A stretch of DNA of 64,000 bases from Plasmodiophora brassicae (taxonomy: Eukaryota): NCBI GenBank assembly GCA_036867785.1, contig CP145416.1, positions 248,001 to 312,000 of the forward strand. Reading direction: 5' to 3'. The position numbers were made by a program, and so were the translations under genes. The notes beneath the pieces were generated by a model. That model was not told where the DNA came from. It was given only the letters and a program-made list of their open reading frames with translations, and did not search any database. Positions 62,109 through 64,000 of this stretch are shown piece by piece. Within the stretch, counting starts at the first letter, position 1. Every line of letters begins with the position of its first letter.

Positions 62109-63339
62109 TCAAAGCAGCGGTTCGAATGTCGCTGTTGTAAGGAAGAGCTTGCCGTCCTCCGTGACGGCACTGTCCCATGTCGACACGCAGTGCACGACCT
62201 TGCCGTCCAGCCGCAACAGGGTCACAGGCAGGACCGCCCGCTTCTTGCCCAGAACGAACACGTCAATGGCGTGATGTACAACCGCCGACCAGGATGACGA
62301 CTCGAATAGCCTAAATGATAAAAAGGCATAGTCAAATAGGCGGGATTTCGCGAAGGGACTGCCTAATTGATACGGACATGAGAAACGGGTGCGCGTACTT
62401 GCGCTTATCGTCGGTCACTCTGGGATACGACTGGCAGAGAGCCCGCAGGTTGGCCAGAGTGTATCCTAACAGTGCCTGAGCCCGCTCAGTCACCAGCAAG
62501 GAGTATCGGACAACTGGCAGCTCGCTATAATCGATTTGAATCTGCAACATCAATGCGTCTGATGGCGGAAGCTGTCCGCATGTTTCAGTACCAGAACCAC
62601 ACATCGCATCAGAGTGCATACTGTTCCAATGTCGAAGGATACGGCAAGCGGTTCCAACGACGCCAGCCATGATTCCAACTGCGCATCGACAGCTGATATA
62701 CAGGACGTCATTGATTGACGAAACGCGATGAGGTCATCACGCGATAAAACCGCCGCTATCACGGATAGGAACGTGTTCCTGGACAGAGAGCACTCAGAAT
62801 ACATTGTTGGGATAGCCGATGTTTGATCGGCGCACGTACAGTCTGGTCGGGGCTAGAATGAAATTGGCAATGTCGAACGTGGTATACCTACGCAGAGACG
62901 ACAGGACAGCATTTCGGAGCCCTTCTGGGACGATGACGGCAGCGAAGACGGGCGTGTCGGGAGCGGCGGTACCAGCAGGTGCACCAGGCACAGTTGACGG
63001 ATACGACGTCATCGGCTCGGCCCTGTTGTCCCTGTGCAGCGACCCGGCGGCGTTCCGCCTCGGCAGGATCGTGCACTTCTCGGGCTGATTTAGGCGTACA
63101 CATCGCCCGCAGGGTCGCTCATCGCAGCAGGCGACTTTCGATCGATAACACGGGTCGCAGGCTTTAACGGCCTTGCGCTTCCGCTCAGGACGGTCTTGAC
63201 GGGTCTGCACGCGGTCCATGCACTGCTCGGGAACGCCACGCTGAATGCATCGGTAACACGGCCGTCCCTGATCGCATTTCGCCTTATTGGCGGCGCACAG
63301 CGAACAGGCTCTCTTCAACCTCGGTGCCGGCGCCGACAT
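62109..63339 (-). CDS. Tandem Zn(II)2Cys6 transcription factor, paralog 2
   Basis: CSLC..KAKCD.GRPCYRC....C and CDPC..KVACCDERPCGRC....C, plus downstream exons. Confidence 0.85.
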
Positions 63340-63691
63340 TGCCGTCCGAGTGCATATGCGTCGGCTCGGCAGACTCGGTGCCAGGGTACAGATGGACGGC
63401 TGGCCGAGAGAGAGGGAGCGAGAGCGGACGAGGCTCCCCGCTGGCTGGGCGGGATTTACCGCAACTGCCGCAACTTCGCACCTGCCAGTCGCGCGGACTC
63501 CCGATCCGAAGAATCGCGGGGCCGGCCTGGGGTTCGGCGGCCCTCCCCGATTGCGAGTGCGGCCATGCCGTGCGGCACTGTAGGACCTACCACCGGTGGC
63601 TACGCAACCACGCAGGGCCAAACCAGTCCAAAACATGCCTGGGACGGTCGGCGCGGCCGCACCACCTCAATGCCGCCGCCGGACTGGGCCT

Positions 63692-64000
63692 TTACTGGCG
63701 GACAAGTTGGACGCGGGTCCAGGCCGGGCAGGATCCGTCCTCGCATGATGCCAGCAGCGATGCCAGGGACTGCGGATCCGCGCTCCCGAGGAACCTGGCG
63801 GGCAGGCCGCCCCACACCTGGCCGGGCGGGATCTGCTTGAACGGCGGAACCAGCGACCCCGGCATGACGATTGACCCGGTTCCAACCACGACTCCGTCAA
63901 GGACAATGGCTCCTACGTACGATACCACTCGGTGATACTGTCCAACTGCGAACGCATGACGTGGGTACCTGGGCCAACACACGCGTTCTCTTGGACGGTG
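63692..64000 (-). CDS. Gamma carbonic anhydrase-like hexapeptide-repeat protein (partial)
   Basis: GAIVLDGVVV..GSIV.PGSLVPP...IPPGQVWGGLPARF. Confidence 0.8.
   Translation of the reverse strand, partial: HRPRERVCWPRYPRHAFAVGQYHRVVSYVGAIVLDGVVVGTGSIVMPGSLVPPFKQIPPGQVWGGLPARFLGSADPQSLASLLASCEDGSCPAWTRVQLVRQ

Overview
Eukaryotic, GC-rich genomic DNA with short GT-AG introns. A protist is inferred, and the gene content and style resemble a plasmodiophorid, but this is not verified. The window has two halves. About 1-34 kb is a nest of transposons. It holds three related Ty1/Copia elements, each with an unusual primer site complementary to the anticodon arm of tRNA-Asn. It also holds a near-complete chromodomain Ty3/Gypsy element with a self-priming PBS and a -1 frameshift cassette, plus two independently inserted non-autonomous Gag-protease-only derivatives of that family. 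Other Gypsy fragments, hAT, Harbinger and TGT..ACA MITEs, and a disrupted Chapaev/Transib/RAG1-core-like transposase complete the nest. About 34-64 kb is a compact host gene region: tuberin/TSC2-like RapGAP, ankyrin and LRR proteins, mitoferrin, TFIIIC90-like, IBA57, a mucin-Spondin_N secreted protein, a degenerate kinesin, two tandem-Zn2Cys6 paralogs, WDR27-like, SWIB/BAF60 and a partial gamma-CA. All calls are by eye. Exon boundaries of multi-exon genes are approximate.
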